The position numbers were made by a program, and so were the translations under genes. A model generated the notes under the pieces. It was not told the origin of the DNA. It ran no database searches and worked only from the letters and a program-made list of their open reading frames with translations. From contig NC_086097.1 in the NCBI RefSeq assembly GCF_963921235.1, positions 127,660,001-127,724,000 of the forward strand: a stretch of 64,000 nt of DNA. Direction: 5' to 3'. Positions 12,141-25,954 of this stretch are shown piece after piece. This stretch comes from Mobula hypostoma. Taxonomy: Eukaryota. Every line of letters begins with the position of its first letter. Within the stretch, counting starts at the first letter, position 1.

Positions 12141-13334
12141 ATGATCGTGTCACTAGGATCGCTCATTTACTCTTCTTGAAAACATGGGTGTGCTCTTTTA
12201 AGATGAAGCCACAGTCAAATGTATCATGCAAAGAGCAGCACTCCCTCAGTACTGCACAGAAGTGATAATGACAATACAGAGTCTGGTGCTTTAGGCTGTG
12301 GTCAAGTAACTCTCAGGAATCTGGGTAACTGTTTACATTTCAGGACTAGTCAACATCTCATGGGGAGGCATTTAACAAAGAAGCAAAGAGAGAGGCAACT
12401 TCCACACTTACTTCAACTTTGCCCCAACAAATACTTGCCATTTTAACCCACCACTGACCTTTATATAGGACAGGCTGGTATTAGAAGGAAGGATGCTAAT
12501 TGCTCACACAGGTCTTGGGTCCAGTCCTTCCTGCCTCTGTGTTTCACAGAGTGTCTAAGAGGTAATGTGTGCCATTATTCAGGATTAGTCTGAATCTCTG
12601 CCATCTGGTGGACAACTGCACTCACGCACTCTCCCTCCCCTCAACCTCCCCACCCCATCTATCTTAAACATAAACTCTTAGGGATGGGCAGACCCATAGG
12701 CACATCTTTCTGAAACAATCCGATTTAAACGGCACTGCATATTTTATTTTAAACTTATTGAACACCCTTTAGATCAAAGACATTTTTAAGCAGTTAAAAA
12801 GTGGTCAGCGTATATTGTTGTGTGGCCAGTGGGTAACACTGTTTGCGTGGCTGTCAGTAGCCAGTTCATGATGTTGTTCACACAGTTATCAGTGAGCCAG
12901 TGGGTGACGTGGAACCACTGACTGATCTGTTATCACAGGGTTAATCAGACTGCAGCCTTCAGTGCAGAAATATACGTGTCACTATCAGGGGCACCAAAGT
13001 CCTCCATAGGGGTCCTTGTCAATCAACTGTTCCTGTCATCACTTTGGTGAAGTTGTTGATAGTGAGGAGGTAAGTCTTTATCTGTCAAATGGTATTTATC
13101 AGAATCAGATATATTGCCACTGACTTATATGGCATGAAATTTGTGTGGCAGCAGTACAGTGCAAAAACAAACTTCCTATAAATTACAAAAATAAGTAAAT
13201 AGTGCAAAAGGGTGAGGTAGTGTTCATTGATTCATGGACTGTTCAGAAATCCTGTGGTGGAGGGGAAGAAGCTGCTTCTGAATCTTCTGAGTGGGGGTCT
13301 TCAGGCTTCTTCACCCTCCCCGTGGCAGCAAGGA

Positions 13335-13810
13335 GCAGAGGGTAAGGTGGAGAGTGGAATGTAACTGAGAAAAATATGAGGTGATGCATTTTTGGGGGAC
13401 TAAAAGGAGAGAGAACTAGAATATGAAAGAAAGGATGAACTGTCGAGGCTTTTAAGGCATTGGTTAAACCGTGTTTGGAATATCAGGAGCAACTTTCTTC
13501 CTGTATTTAAGGAAAGATGTTCTAGCCTTGGAGAGTGTTCAGAGGAGGTTTACAAAAATGATCCCTGCAATGAAAGGCTTAACATTTGAGGAGTGTTTGA
13601 TGTCTTTGGGCTTTTACTCAGTGGAGTTCCTTGAAGCCTATTGAATAGTGAAAGGCCTGGATAGAGTGGACATGGAGAGGGTGTTTCCATTCGTAGGAGA
13701 ATCCACAATCTGAGAGCACAGTCTCAGGATAAAGGGATGTCTATTCAGAATAGAGCCAAGGAGGAGCTGCATCAGGAGGAAGGTGTGTCTATGGAATTTG
13801 TTGCTACAGG
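13335..13810 (+). mobile_element. Decayed CR1 ORF2 C-terminal fragment
   Basis: ttggagagtgttcagaggaggtttacaaaaatgatccct = LESVQRRFTKMIP. Confidence 0.75.
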
Positions 13811-14079
13811 TATTTAGTATCAGTAGTTTTGGTTTTGGCTTTGCCTTGCAGTTCTAGATGATGATGCAGCTGGTCAGGACACTCTCAGTGTTGCTTCTGC
13901 AAAAATTGTTTAGAATGGGTGGGGGTGGGGGGTGGGAAAGACTCACTCACTTCAATCTCCTCTGGAAGTGGAGATGCTATTGTACTTTCTTGATTAAGGA
14001 GGTAGCTAAGGAGAGATAATTGCTGTCATTAACTGGGACATAAAATATATACTATAGCCACTAAAATAGACTACTATGT

Positions 14080-14465
14080 ATGTACTATAATGGTAAGGTT
14101 ATAGTTCAGTGATATAAAACATTAATTAGGCTGCAGATGGAATATTGTGTACTGTTCTGGTCACCATGCCAAAGGTACGATCTGACTGAATTGAGGAGAG
14201 GGCAGGGAAGATTGACTGGGTGCACCAGGATTAGAATGTTCCAGCTCTGAGGAGAAATGGGGTGGGTTGGGTTTATTTTCTTTGCAATGGAGCAGGCTGA
14301 TTGGGAACCTGACTGAGGTATACAAAATAATGATTGGGCATAAATGTGGTAGACTGTGAGAAACCTTGCCCTACTGGAGAGGTGTCTACAGGCAGAGGAT
14401 ACAGGTTTATGATAACACATACAGTAGATGAAATACAGGGAATTTGAGAAAGAGAATTTTCATTT
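14080..14465 (+). mobile_element. Decayed CR1 ORF2 fragment
   Basis: gaatattgtgtactgttctggtcacca = EYCVLFWSP; gaggtatacaaaataatg = EVYKIM. Confidence 0.7.
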
Positions 14466-17373
14466 TTCACATTACAATCAAGGACCACCCCCCCCCACCC
14501 TGTTCGTTCTCTCTTGCCCCTCTCTCATCTGGCAGAAGATACAAGAGCTTGAAAGGATGTACCCCAGGCTCACAGATTGCTTCGATGATGCTGTTGCCAG
14601 ACTCGTGGATGGACATTTCATAGTCTAAAAGTGAATTTTGACTCCCAGCTTACTTCATAGTGACCATTGCACTTTATTTATTTATTTATTTGCATTAGAC
14701 TTTCGCTGTAACTGTAACACTGTGTTCTGCCTTCACTTTTCCTTTTGTGCTACCCATGTACTCATCTATGGAACGATCTGTCTGGATGGCACACAGTCAA
14801 AAACGTTTTACTGTATCTTGCTACATGTGACAATAATAAACCAGCAATAACACCAGTGTCATTTAGATATTTGACAAAACAATTGTTTGACAAAGACAGT
14901 TGCAGCATATCCTGTGGAGACAAGTAATCTCGCAAGTATTTGGATGAGCACTTGAAACCCATGACATGGAAAGCTATGGGCTGTGTGCTGGAAATTGGGA
15001 ATGACATCGTTGTTGACACAGATCTCATGGGCTGGATGCCTGTTTCTTGGTTGTATGACACCATGACCCTGTAATCTCACTTGCTGCCCAATAAAGACTA
15101 CAGAATGGTTGCTGCTCTAGTATTGGAAGGAAACAAGCCTTTAGCCATGTGTGAAATGATTATTACAGCCAAACAGCCTCGCCAATTAAGAAATAATTTT
15201 TTCTGAATACCAGTCCCAAGCCATTGCTACTTCATTAATATTGAGGTTTTAAACAAGTAATAATTGTTAATACTTGCACTGGGCTTTCCCTGTAACTAAC
15301 TCTTTTCTACCTCTTTGGTCACTCTCTCTCTGAAACTTATTGTATATATGCGAATTATGCTGTCCCTACATTTAAATCCAACTTCTTCTTTCCAGTTTAG
15401 AGTCTATAAACCTCTGTCTTCAGTCCGATTGGGTGACAGGCCTGTCAATCATTTGACCTGCTCAGAGAAATTCTGCTGAAGGGGACTTATGATAAATTAC
15501 AGCAAGTCTTCAGCCGATGACTTTGAAAACTTCATGGTTAGAGCCACTGAACTAAATGCTAGATACCATTTCTGAGCACCATTACCTGCAGGAAGCATTT
15601 AATTTCATTCAGATATTTTATCATTACTGAAATTATTAGATATTCCACACATCCTAAAGTTGCTCCATACTAGTATCTTGTAGTTGCATCCTTCCATTTT
15701 TTTTTCACTTGCTGGATGTAGATATTACTGGTGAACCAGTGTTTATAGTTGTTCCATAATTGTTCATGAGAAGCAGGTGGTGAAGTTACTTCCCAAATGA
15801 TGAGCCTGGTCCCATGGAGCTGTTGGGAAGGGAGTTCTGCTGGGTGCCCTCGATCCCCTGTCTGTGAGTGTCCATTTACATGGAGGTGCATGGCTAGATT
15901 TACATTAAATGCTTTGTGCTCTTAGAGTCGTAGAATCAGAGGGATTCAGGCCCTTTAGCCCAATGAGTCCATACTGACTATAAACCACCCATTGTATATT
16001 AATCCCATGTTTTCATTCTCTGCACATTTTCATCAATTGCTCGGGATTATACCTTTTGGCTAGCTCTGAGGGACATTTACAGCCTCCATTAACCTCGCAA
16101 CCAATCAATCCCAATTCCTTCAGTGATAGATTTTGCATTTCAATCGCAACAAAAAATATCCTTTCCTGTTAAATTTAAAGGCAGCTTCTCATCTTTCACT
16201 CCTGACAAATATGAAGTGAAACATCATATGACAGGAAGTAAATCCTGAGATGAAGCCAAAACCAAAACCACTGATATTAAATATTAACATCCATGCACCC
16301 AGTTTCTCAGAGACCTTTTACACGCACATCACCTTTATAACCCTTTCTTCTGCCTCTTCAATGCACCTCTGCCTACTTGAAAGCGGATTGAGGACAAAAT
16401 GTAGAGGAGGAAGTTAAATGAATAAACAAGGTTCAGTACTTAAAAGGGGAACTTAATTTAGAGTTCCCTTCCATGGCATCATAACAGTTCAAATGAAATG
16501 CTTCCAAATTAGAATTCAAAATAATTCATTCTCTTTGTTTCTATGGGTTAAGAGAGGCAACTCCGTATTCTAAACAGCTTTTGCATAAAGAAAAGTCTTC
16601 TAACCTAATCTAACCCTGTGTCTCTCACTCTGGTTTTACTGCTTCTCACTTTCACGATGAGTACAAGGAGCTCTTGACTGCCACTAACTACCAGAGACAC
16701 CAGCGCCACGAATATGGGCACTGACTGGAGTTGCCATTTCACCTACTGTGAACTTCATCCACCAAAGTTCTAAGATGACAGGAATTATATTGTCATAGAT
16801 ATTGGTACAGATATTGTGGCTAAATGAGCAGCACCAAACTAGAGGAGATGTAACATTTTATTAATCCAGCAAAAAAACTGGAATGCACATGATGATAATT
16901 TTAATTTTAGTTGATGATGCATCAAGGAAGGAAGAAAAGAGAGAGAGGGAAAACACAAATTAAAAAGAAGGAAAGTTGAGAGAAAGTTGCTCTTTATGTT
17001 AATTGAAATGTACAGTAATTTACTGGACTGTTGTTAGGTTAGGGGAGAGGATACAAGACCGCAAAGCACAAATAGAAACAGGGCCAGTGGCATTGCAATG
17101 GAAAAGACTTGGAGAATGAAAGGGTGGGTGAACAGGGGTTGGCCATTTCAGGAAAAAGACCAGGACATAGTGGAAGAATAAAGTGTTGTTCTTTATACAG
17201 ATTGAAAGATGCTGCAGCTGTTGAGTGAAACATTTTAAAAAAATGATCAAAGGTGGCCATTTTTCTGCCAAACCCAGTTGGTCCCCAGTTTACATCTGCA
17301 TTCCATTTCTGTGAACTGCTGATAATGCAGAAAGTTTGGAAGTGGGAAATGTGGCCACAAGCCGAATTCCCAC

Positions 17374-17509
17374 CTGATAGGAGATGCCTGCAGCCCTTCC
17401 ATGATGTCAGTTCCCTCCTGTTGGTCTCCTAAGCTTCCATTCGTGTATACGGGCTGTGCATAAATTGGGCATTTATGAGGACTTGCACCCACCAAGTCAT
17501 AGGTAAAAG
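17374..17509 (-). CDS. Candidate internal coding exon of an unidentified host gene (136 bp)
   Basis: Acceptor tttgattttttttcag| and donor cag|gtggga. One frame is open (phase 1 to phase 2): FTYDLVGASPHKCPIYAQPVYTNGSLGDQQEGTDIMEGLQASPI. Non-repetitive sequence; protein not recognised. Confidence 0.35.
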
Positions 17510-17619
17510 CTGAAAAAAAAATCAAACATTGATTTTGAAGGCATATCTCAAACTCCAGCACTTTGCATCTGGCATTCACACTTCATTAAGAAAGGGTCCC
17601 ATCAACTCAGATTGGGTTT

Positions 17620-18395
17620 TGACTTTGTGGGTGGAGCTGAGGAGGACGATGGCATCTAACGGCCACTCCTTTGCTTGCAACTTTGGAAACAGCTCTATTT
17701 CTATCTTTGATATCTCTTTTTTTTCCCTTTTTAAGGTTCTTTTGAAGACCCTGAGCTGGAGTTACATGCTGAATTTGGTTCTTTGCGGAAATGGGACCCG
17801 GTCTTGGGGCATCACGACCGGCCGCTGCTCGATATGCCAAGGATACGGCCTGGAAGACTAGCAGGGTGCCGGATTTTTGTGGCTCTGGAGGCGGGCTGAT
17901 TCGAGGTTGTTGCTGCCATCGCCTGATGTGTTGTGGGAGATGGAAGATCAAAAGCAGTGAGCTGGCTGCCGGCTGTGTACCCAGAGACCTTTGGGCACAG
18001 AGCTCAGAAGAAACAATGCAACAGACTTTTAACGCTATAAATCAGCGAGTTGTTTGTTATACCTCCCCTCTTGCTGTGAAACAGGGACACCTCTTTTTCC
18101 CTTATTAGGGAGAGAGAGAGAGCCTGTGGTATGTCGAATTACTGGGTGAACAAGTAGTCTTTGGGGTACTGCAAGTCTGTGTTTTATTGATGCTTTGCTG
18201 CACGCTTGAGTGCTCGATGGGGGATGCTGATGCTTTTTTTGCTGGTGGGTGGGGTCTTTGCTTTGCTGTTGCTTATGCGTGGGGGAGGAGTTGGGGGGGC
18301 TTTGGGGTTCTAACATTTAACTGTCATTCATTCTTTGAGGCATTCCTCAGTTTTTGTGGATGTTTGCGAAGAAGAGGAATTTCAGGATATATATA
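17620..18395 (+). repeat. Unclassified non-coding interspersed repeat with LINE-like 3' tail
   Basis: Locally GC/CpG-richer block. Its end gtggatgtttgcgaagaagaggaatttcagg resembles the ends at ~36000 and ~4990. Confidence 0.45.
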
Positions 18396-20214
18396 TGAGC
18401 GCCTATCTATTATGAGGCATTGATCACTCACTTGTGAGCTTTGCTGTAGCCCCATTGGCCTACCTGGCAAAGCAAAGGCATCTGGAAATAGCTCATTGCA
18501 CTTGGAGGACGCTTTTGATCTGTCGTGCCAAGCATATGTGACTTTCTGACAGTTTTTAACCCAGAAGAGTTAACAAGTTGCTGATAAGTTGCAGGAATAA
18601 ATTGGGGGCTTGGGACATTTGAATTCTTACTAAGCACAGAAGTTAATATCTTATATAGCAATAAATATAGTAAAAAGAATGATAAATCTACAACGGCAAA
18701 ATTCTTTGTAAACTTATTAAGCTGGAGTCAAAATGATGAAGTCATTATCCGTGGTATTACCAGTTTAAATGCTGTGTAATAGATAACCTGGAGGCATGTT
18801 GAATTAGTGTCTTTGGGGTGGTTGTATTGGCAACATAAGTTTGAAGTATGATTCAATTTATCTTGTATTAACTTGTTACACATTTTGAGTGATTAACATA
18901 ATATCTTGCTAAACTGCAGCGTTAAGAAATTGTCAGTTTCTATCAGTGTGAAGATATTATTTGGGAAATGAAACATTTTAGACTCCTGGGGTCATCTTTA
19001 ACCACTCACCAAACAGATGAAGCAGATTTATTGCAAAATGCAACTCCCTGTACTCAACCCTAGTCAACGAACCATGACCCTGACAGAGATTTTTAAGGAG
19101 CCACATAAAAAAAGCAGGAGGAGCTCAGTGTGTCTGGTCGCACCTGTGGAGGGAAGTGGACAGTTAAAGTTTTGGGTTAACTGTCCATTTCATCTGGATT
19201 GCATCTGTGGAGACAGTCTGGTATCTGAAAGGAAGCAGGGTACAAACTTCACCATGGAGCTCCTATCAAGTCAACAGCTTGAGGGAGAATTCACACCAGC
19301 AGACAGTATAAACCCAGATTATGGACGTGAAAAGAGGTGGGTATGGCCTGCAATTGAACAAAGTCCCAGATTTCTATATCACCCTTCATGACTTCAGGAT
19401 TTCCTAAAGAGCTTTACACCTGCTTTTGAAGTGAGTCACTCTAGCTATAAAGCTAATAATGTAATCGCACTGTATCCTCAGACAACCCCTGAACTAACCT
19501 CCCATTAGCACTGCCTCTTCCCAGTACGTCCCGTTTATGAATGCTTGCAGAGAGGAAATGACTGGGCAATTCCACTGTCAATTAAACTTGTTGATTACAT
19601 TGGAGGTACAAAGTATGATAGATGCTAGAGCATCAGATTCTGGAGCATCAAACAATCTGCTGGTAAAACTCAGTGGGTCAAGCGGCATCTACTGGAGGAA
19701 AGAAACTGTCAACATTTCAAGTCGAGACCCTGTGAATGGTATATAGTAGCGGATAGCATGTTTTTAATCAACTGAAATTAATCTTACTTTTGGCTTAGGA
19801 GGTTATTTAACTCATCAATAAAAGAAACTAGAATAAAAGGCTTTTGCCAGCTTAAACCATGTCTACCGCATCTTATCTTACCAACAAAACATGGCAGTGG
19901 TAAGTATATGACTTTCAATGATATGTGCAAAAACTGCCTTCAAACTGCACAATTCATAACAGATCAGGGACAATTATTTCAAAATTGTAAACTGGCCTAC
20001 AAATATGATCTACTTGAATGTCTTCAAATGCACCTGAAATCACTGGACATCTTCCATCAGTCAAGGGTTTGAGATAACTCTATGTTATCTTAATCCCTAT
20101 ATTAATTTTTAATATAATTAATGCATTATTTATATCTTTCTGTAAACTTTTTTTTATTCAAAAGGAATGTACTTTTTGTTGAATGAGCACACTAAAGGCA
20201 GTGCTGGAAACTGG

Positions 20215-20340
20215 AGTCAAAAAACAAACGGCTGGAGAAACTGAGCAGGTCAAGCAGCATCTCCTGAGGGAAATGGACAGTGGATATTTTGAGTCTGATG
20301 AAGGGTCTTGATCTGAAACATTGATTGTCCACTTCCATCC
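20215..20340. repeat. Palindromic Penelope-like repeat with a degenerate hammerhead core
   Basis: Left arm ggaaatggacagt pairs with right arm attgtccacttcc. CTGATGA at 20295-20301 and GAAA at 20315-20318. Confidence 0.65.
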
Positions 20341-20429
20341 AGTAATGAAACTGGGTACAGAAGAATGCCTGCCTCCTAGACCGCGAGTCTCACTGTCATA
20401 TCTCAACTTCGTGTTCATTCCCCTCAAGA

Positions 20430-20890
20430 TTATAAGGCAATAAGACCCCAGAGCAGAATAAGGCCAACTGGTCAAACGAATCCGCTTCACTACTCAATCA
20501 TGGCAGATTTTTTTTTCCAACCCCATTCTCTTGCTTTCTCCCTACAGCCTTTGACCCTCAACCAGTAGAGAGCATATCAATCTTATCTTTAAATACACCC
20601 AGTGACTTTGCCTACACAGCTGTCCGTGGCAACAAATTTCACAGATTAACCACCCTCTGATTGAAGAAATCCCTCCTCATTTCCATTTTAAAGGTATGTC
20701 CCTTTATTCTGAGTGTGCCCTCAGATTCTAGACTCTCCTACTAATAGGAACATTTTCTCCACATCCACTCTATCCAGGCTTGTCAGTATTTGTGGCAGGT
20801 TTCGGTGAGAACCCCTCCTGTCCCCCATCTTTCTAAACTCCATTGAGCACAGGCTCAGAAACACCAAACATTCATCATCTGTTAAGTCCC
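20430..20890 (-). mobile_element. CR1 LINE 3' fragment
   Basis: cacagattaaccaccctctgattgaagaaatccctcctcat is antisense of MRRDFFNQRVVNLW; taagac tail. Confidence 0.8.
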
Positions 20891-20894
20891 ACTA

Positions 20895-21500
20895 TAAATC
20901 TAATAAGATCTTAAGATCATAAGACATAGGGGCAAAATTAAGACAATCGGCCTATCGAGCCTGCTCCGCTGTTCCATCATGGTTGATTTATTGTCCTTCT
21001 CCTGTCCTCTCCCTGTAACCTTTGATGTCCTTACTAATCAAGAACCTATTAACCTTTGCATTAAATATACCCAGTGATTTGGCTTCCACAGCCATCTGTG
21101 GCAATGAATTCCACAGATTCACTACTCTCTGGCTAAAGGAATTCCTCCTCATCTCTGTTCTAAATGGACACCCCTCTGTTCAAAGGCTGTGCTCTTGTGT
21201 CCTAGACTCCGCACTGTAGAAACATCCTCTCCACATTCACTCTATCTAGGCCTTTCAATGTTCGATAGGTTTCAATGAGATCTCTCATTTTTCTAAACTC
21301 CAGTGAGTACAGACCTAGAGGCACCAAAAGCTCCTCATCTGTTAACCTTTTCATCCCTGGAATCATTCTTGTGAATCTCATCTGGACCCTTCCAATGCCA
21401 ACACATCTTTCCTTAGATAAGGGGCTCAGAACTGCTCACAATACTCCAAGTGTGGTCTGACCAATGCTTTATAAAGCCTCAACATTACACCCATACTTTT
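20895..21500 (-). mobile_element. CR1 LINE 3' fragment (second adjacent copy)
   Basis: taagatc..taagacatag tail; gaattccacagattcactactctctgg; cacaatactccaagtgtggtctgacc is antisense of VRPHLEYC. Confidence 0.85.
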
Positions 21501-23405
21501 CAAGTCAAGTACAGCTTATTGTCTTTTAACTACATATGTGTATATAACATATATCACCATATAATGTACAGTATATAGGAATGAGATAATTTATGAAGGT
21601 AAGGATGAAATCTACAGATGAATCACACATAAATAACAAACTAAAGTGCATTAATATTAAATATTGTAAGGCATGGAACAGATTAACCAGTGACACTTCA
21701 AATACATTGTGGCCAGGAGTTCAGAAGCCTAATGGCCTGGGGAAAGAAACTGTTTCTCATCCTGACCATTCTTGTTTCTATGCATCGCACTCTCCTGCTT
21801 GAGGGAAGAAAGTCAAAGAGGATGCTGGATGGGTGAGTGGGATCCTTAATAATACTAAAGATCCTAAGTATATAGATCTGCTGATAAATGTCCCCGATGG
21901 ATGGTATGGAGACCCCTATGATCCTCTCAGCTGTTTTCACAGTCCTTTGTAGGGATTTCTGGTCCAATGCTCAACTGCTCCCATACCAGGTGAAGATGCA
22001 ATTTGTCAAGATGCTCTCAATGATGCTCCTGTAAAACACAGTTAAGATGGGGGGGGGGGGGACACGGGGTGGGGAATTCTTGCTTGCCTCAATCTTCTTA
22101 GGAAGTGGAGATGCTGTTGTGCCTTCCTGTTCGGGGAGGTGACCAGGTGAGGCCACCTGTGATGTGAACTCCCAGGAACTTGGTGCTCTTAACTCTCCCC
22201 ACGGAGGGGCCAAGTATTTACAGAGAGGGATGGTTTGACTGCACCTTCGTGAAGCCCACAATGATTTCCTTTGTCTTCTCCACATTCAGGCTCAGGTTGT
22301 TCATCTCACACCAATCCAGCAGCTGCTCTGCTTCCTCTCTGTACTCCGTCTTGTCATTGCTCTCAAAAAGGCCAGCCACTGTTGTGTCAACTGCAAACCT
22401 GATGACACAGTTTGAGCTGGATCCTGTGACACAGTCATGCATCAGCAGTGTGAACAGCAGCGGGCTTAGCACTCAGCCCTGGGGAGCGCCACTGCTCAGC
22501 CTAATACGTGATACTAGATACGTTGCTGCCCACACGGACTGACTGTGGCCCTGCTATTAAGAAGTTCAGTATCCAATTGCAGAGGGAGGAGTTGAGACCC
22601 AGCGAGGACAGTTTCCTCACCATTTTCTGGGCTATGATGGTGTTGAATGCCAAAATGAAGTCTATAAACAGCAACCTGGCATATGAGACCCTATTTTCCA
22701 GGTAGGACAGGACAGAGTGGAGGGCATTATCAGTGGATTGATTTGAGCGATGAGTGAACTGGAAAGGGTCCAGTGTAGCCTGGAGAAAGGCTTTAATGTG
22801 CTCCATGGCCAGCCACTCAAAGCATCTCATAATGGTTGATGTTAATGCCACCGGACATTAGTCATTTAAACAGGTTACTGTCACTGCTTTTGGCACTGGA
22901 ATGATGGTTGCCGCCTTGAAAACCGAAGGGACAACAAATGGTTCCAGAGGGATGTTGAGTATATCTGTCAGCACCTCCATCAGCTGGGCTGTGCAGGCTT
23001 TCAGAACCTGACCTGGTATATTATTGGGCCTCATAGCTTTGTGTGGGTTGTCTATGGCCTGGGGCTTGCTCACCTTAGCTTCAGCCAGACGGAGTGTCTG
23101 CTCCCTTGGGAGGGAGTGGTTCCTTCCTCACCAGCACTTTGTTCTGCACATCAAACCGGGAGTGAAGCATCCTAGTCACTGACATGCAGAGTAGACTTAC
23201 GGTACATAATCATCTGAAATCCCTGCCTCATGTCCCTGAGAATGCTCCCATTTCACCTTCCTGATGGAGTGGGAAAGCACAGTGCTTACTTCCCTGAGAG
23301 CTGTCCCAATCTAAAGCAGCATCACTATTCTGCAGCCTGGCACAGGCCTCTGCAGTAACCATGGCTTCTGATTTGCTCTCACCCAGATGAGTTTCATAAT
23401 GGTAA
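21501..23405 (-). mobile_element. Rex1/Babar-type LINE, 5'-truncated and decayed
   Basis: ALTSTIMRCFE, ARLLFIDF..AFNTI, CNWILNFL, LSPLLFTLLMHDC..IRFAVDTTV, LNVEKTKE, FYRSIIESILTNCI, RNSFFPQAIRLLN; (caagt)n tail at 21501. Confidence 0.9.
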
Positions 23406-24139
23406 CTAGATAGCTGACTAGATTTTATATTCTAGTCCTCTCAAAATGAGTGTTAACATCACATTTACCTTCCTAAAGGATTATCGCAATGTTGATGGCA
23501 CTTTATTTGACCATGGCTTTACTTTGAAGAGGATCAGAGGAATTACTACTCCTGCAGCAAGCCAGTTTTGCTTCCCCAATTAAATTATTTAAAGCAAATC
23601 ATTGCTGCACTACGCTGTGTGAGTTTACTGTGACCAAGTTGGATTTTCTGCATTGTAACAGTGAATACTCTTCAGAGGTGCTTCATTGCCTGTGAACTGT
23701 GTTGTGTAGGGTTGATGCCATTAAATGCACAGAAGCAATGCATATTATTTATTTTTTAAACACCAGCGTACTGATAAATAACTTCCTCTGTTTCATAGGC
23801 ATTTCTGGTCAACGGTGGCATATACATTTTTGGATTTGATTTTCTCTTGACCATTTTTATCTCAACACTTCCCAACTATTGCTTAATATTCGTTGATACC
23901 ACTATTTAATAAAATCTAATCAAGGTCTGTAATGTCATCAGATAATATCTTTTTTTTGGCCCCAAAACAGTAGGAAAGTCAATTATGAATTTAATTTACT
24001 TATAAGGAAAATACATAGGTTTACTGAGTGCGCAAAGATCAGAACATAATGTAGCAGATGTGACAGGACAATTATATTATCTAATTTGCTCTGAAATGCA
24101 AAGGTACCTGGTTGACGTGGTGCATGATTCACAGAAGGC

Positions 24140-24732
24140 TGGAGTGCATGTACTGCAAGTAAAAAGAAAAGCTCATAGAATGCTATTGTTGCAGCTATAC
24201 AAATCATTGGCTAGCCCATACTTAGAGAACTGTGCACAGTTCTGCTCACCACTCTACCAGAAGCAAAAAAAGACAGTACAGACAAGTTTCACCAAGGCAC
24301 TGCTTGGAATGGAAGGCTGTAGTTACAAGAGGAAATTGGATTGGCTGTCTTTATTCTCACTGGAATGTTAAAGGCCCAGGGGTGATGTTACAGAGGTTTA
24401 TGAAATTATAAGGGATAGATAGTCAGTATCCCAGGACAAGGGAGTTCACAACAGGTTTAAGATGAGAGGGAAGAAATTTAAGTGAGATCTGATTGTTTAG
24501 ATTTTCACATGCAGGGTGGTAAATATCTGGAATGAGTTGCCAGAAGAGATGCTGGAGGGAGATACAAGTACAATGTTTAAAAGATGTTTACACAGATACT
24601 TTGATAGAAAAGGCTTAGCAGGATATTAGCCGAATACAGACAAATGGGATTATCATAGATAGGCATCACAGTCAGCATGGATGGAATGGGCCAAAGGGCC
24701 TGTTTCTGTGCTCTACATTTCTATAACTCTAT
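24140..24732 (+). mobile_element. CR1 LINE 3' fragment
   Basis: LLQLYKSLASPYLENCAQFCSP; tail gggccaaagggcctgtttctgtgctcta..ctataactctat. Confidence 0.85.
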
Positions 24733-24772
24733 TTTATTTTTTAGGGCAATTGAATGCAAAAGTAGAGAGGTA

Positions 24773-24773
<1 letters not shown>

Positions 24774-24831
<58 letters not shown>

Positions 24832-24840
24832 CACTCACAC
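24774..24840. repeat. (CA)n microsatellite
   Basis: Directly visible. Confidence 0.97.
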
Positions 24841-25214
24841 TCAACTGCACACCACTCTGCTCCCTTTGCAATTTTTGCTAATTTCTTTCTCAATTCCTGC
24901 TAAAACATTGTTTACATTTACATTTACATCATTTATTTTTGTATAGTAATTTGTCCTTTACTATGCCTATTGACTTGTTTATTAATTATTGTACTGCCCT
25001 GCACTGTTTCGTTCACTTTATGTAGTCTCGTGTAGGCCTGAAGTCCAGTGTAGTTTTGTGTTGCTTCACGTAGTGTAGTGTAGTTTTGTGTTGTTTCAGG
25101 TAGCACCATGGTCCTGGAGGATTGTTGATTCATTTTTACTGTGTACTGTACCAGCAGTTATGTTTGAAATGATAATAAAAGTGACTTGTCTTGACTTGAG
25201 GTTAGGTTTAGGTT

Positions 25215-25465
25215 GCATAGGGTATCGTAGTGGTTAGCACAATGCTTTCCACTACCAGCAACCCGAGTTCAATTCTCACCGCTGTCTGCAAGGAGTTGGT
25301 ACTTTCTCGCCATGACCACGTGAGTTTTTTTGAGGTGCTCCAGTTTCCTCCTACAGTCCAAAGAGGTACCAGTTGGTAAGTTAATTGGTCACTGTAAATT
25401 GTCCTGTGACTAGGTTCGGGTTAAATCGGGGGTTGATGGGCGGGCATGGATTGAAGGGCCTGTGT
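25215..25465 (+). mobile_element. tRNA-derived V-SINE (HE1-like)
   Basis: A box cgtagtggttagc, B box gagttcaattc, V-domain-like ggtgctccagtttcctcctacagtccaaaga and CR1-like tail gaagggcctg. Confidence 0.8.
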
Positions 25466-25954
25466 TATAATGAGTGTGCTTAATACTGTTCCCAGATGGA
25501 ATATGAGGTAGGTTGCTCCTCCAATCTGAGTCTGGCCTTGTTGTGGCAGTAGAAGAAGCCATGGACAGACATGTCAGAATGAGAATGGGAAGTCTGATTG
25601 AAATGGACATCCATCGGGAGATCATACCTTTTGAAAATAGGAAGTAAGCACTTGGAACAATAGTAAAATTAAGTTTAATGTAAACGAATCAAACCATTTA
25701 TTAATATAATCTCTGAGTGGAAATTATTCCTGTTGTATAAACATGAAGTGAAGCTCATTACTTTGTTTGATGATTGGGATGTACACTATAAACACAGTGC
25801 TTAATTAGACATTGTAAATCCTTTGCAGAATGAATATTAAATAATTTAAAATAAATTGCAACCTTTTTGCTCTAATGCTAATGGTAACATTTTGACACTA
25901 ATAATCCATGTTGATTGTTACAATGTCCATACAATTATTTTGTCTGGAAATGGA

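Noticed and set aside
17529..18423. Cluster of ~100-aa ORFs
   Set aside because: Overlapping on both strands within a GC-richer interspersed repeat, with no recognisable domain.
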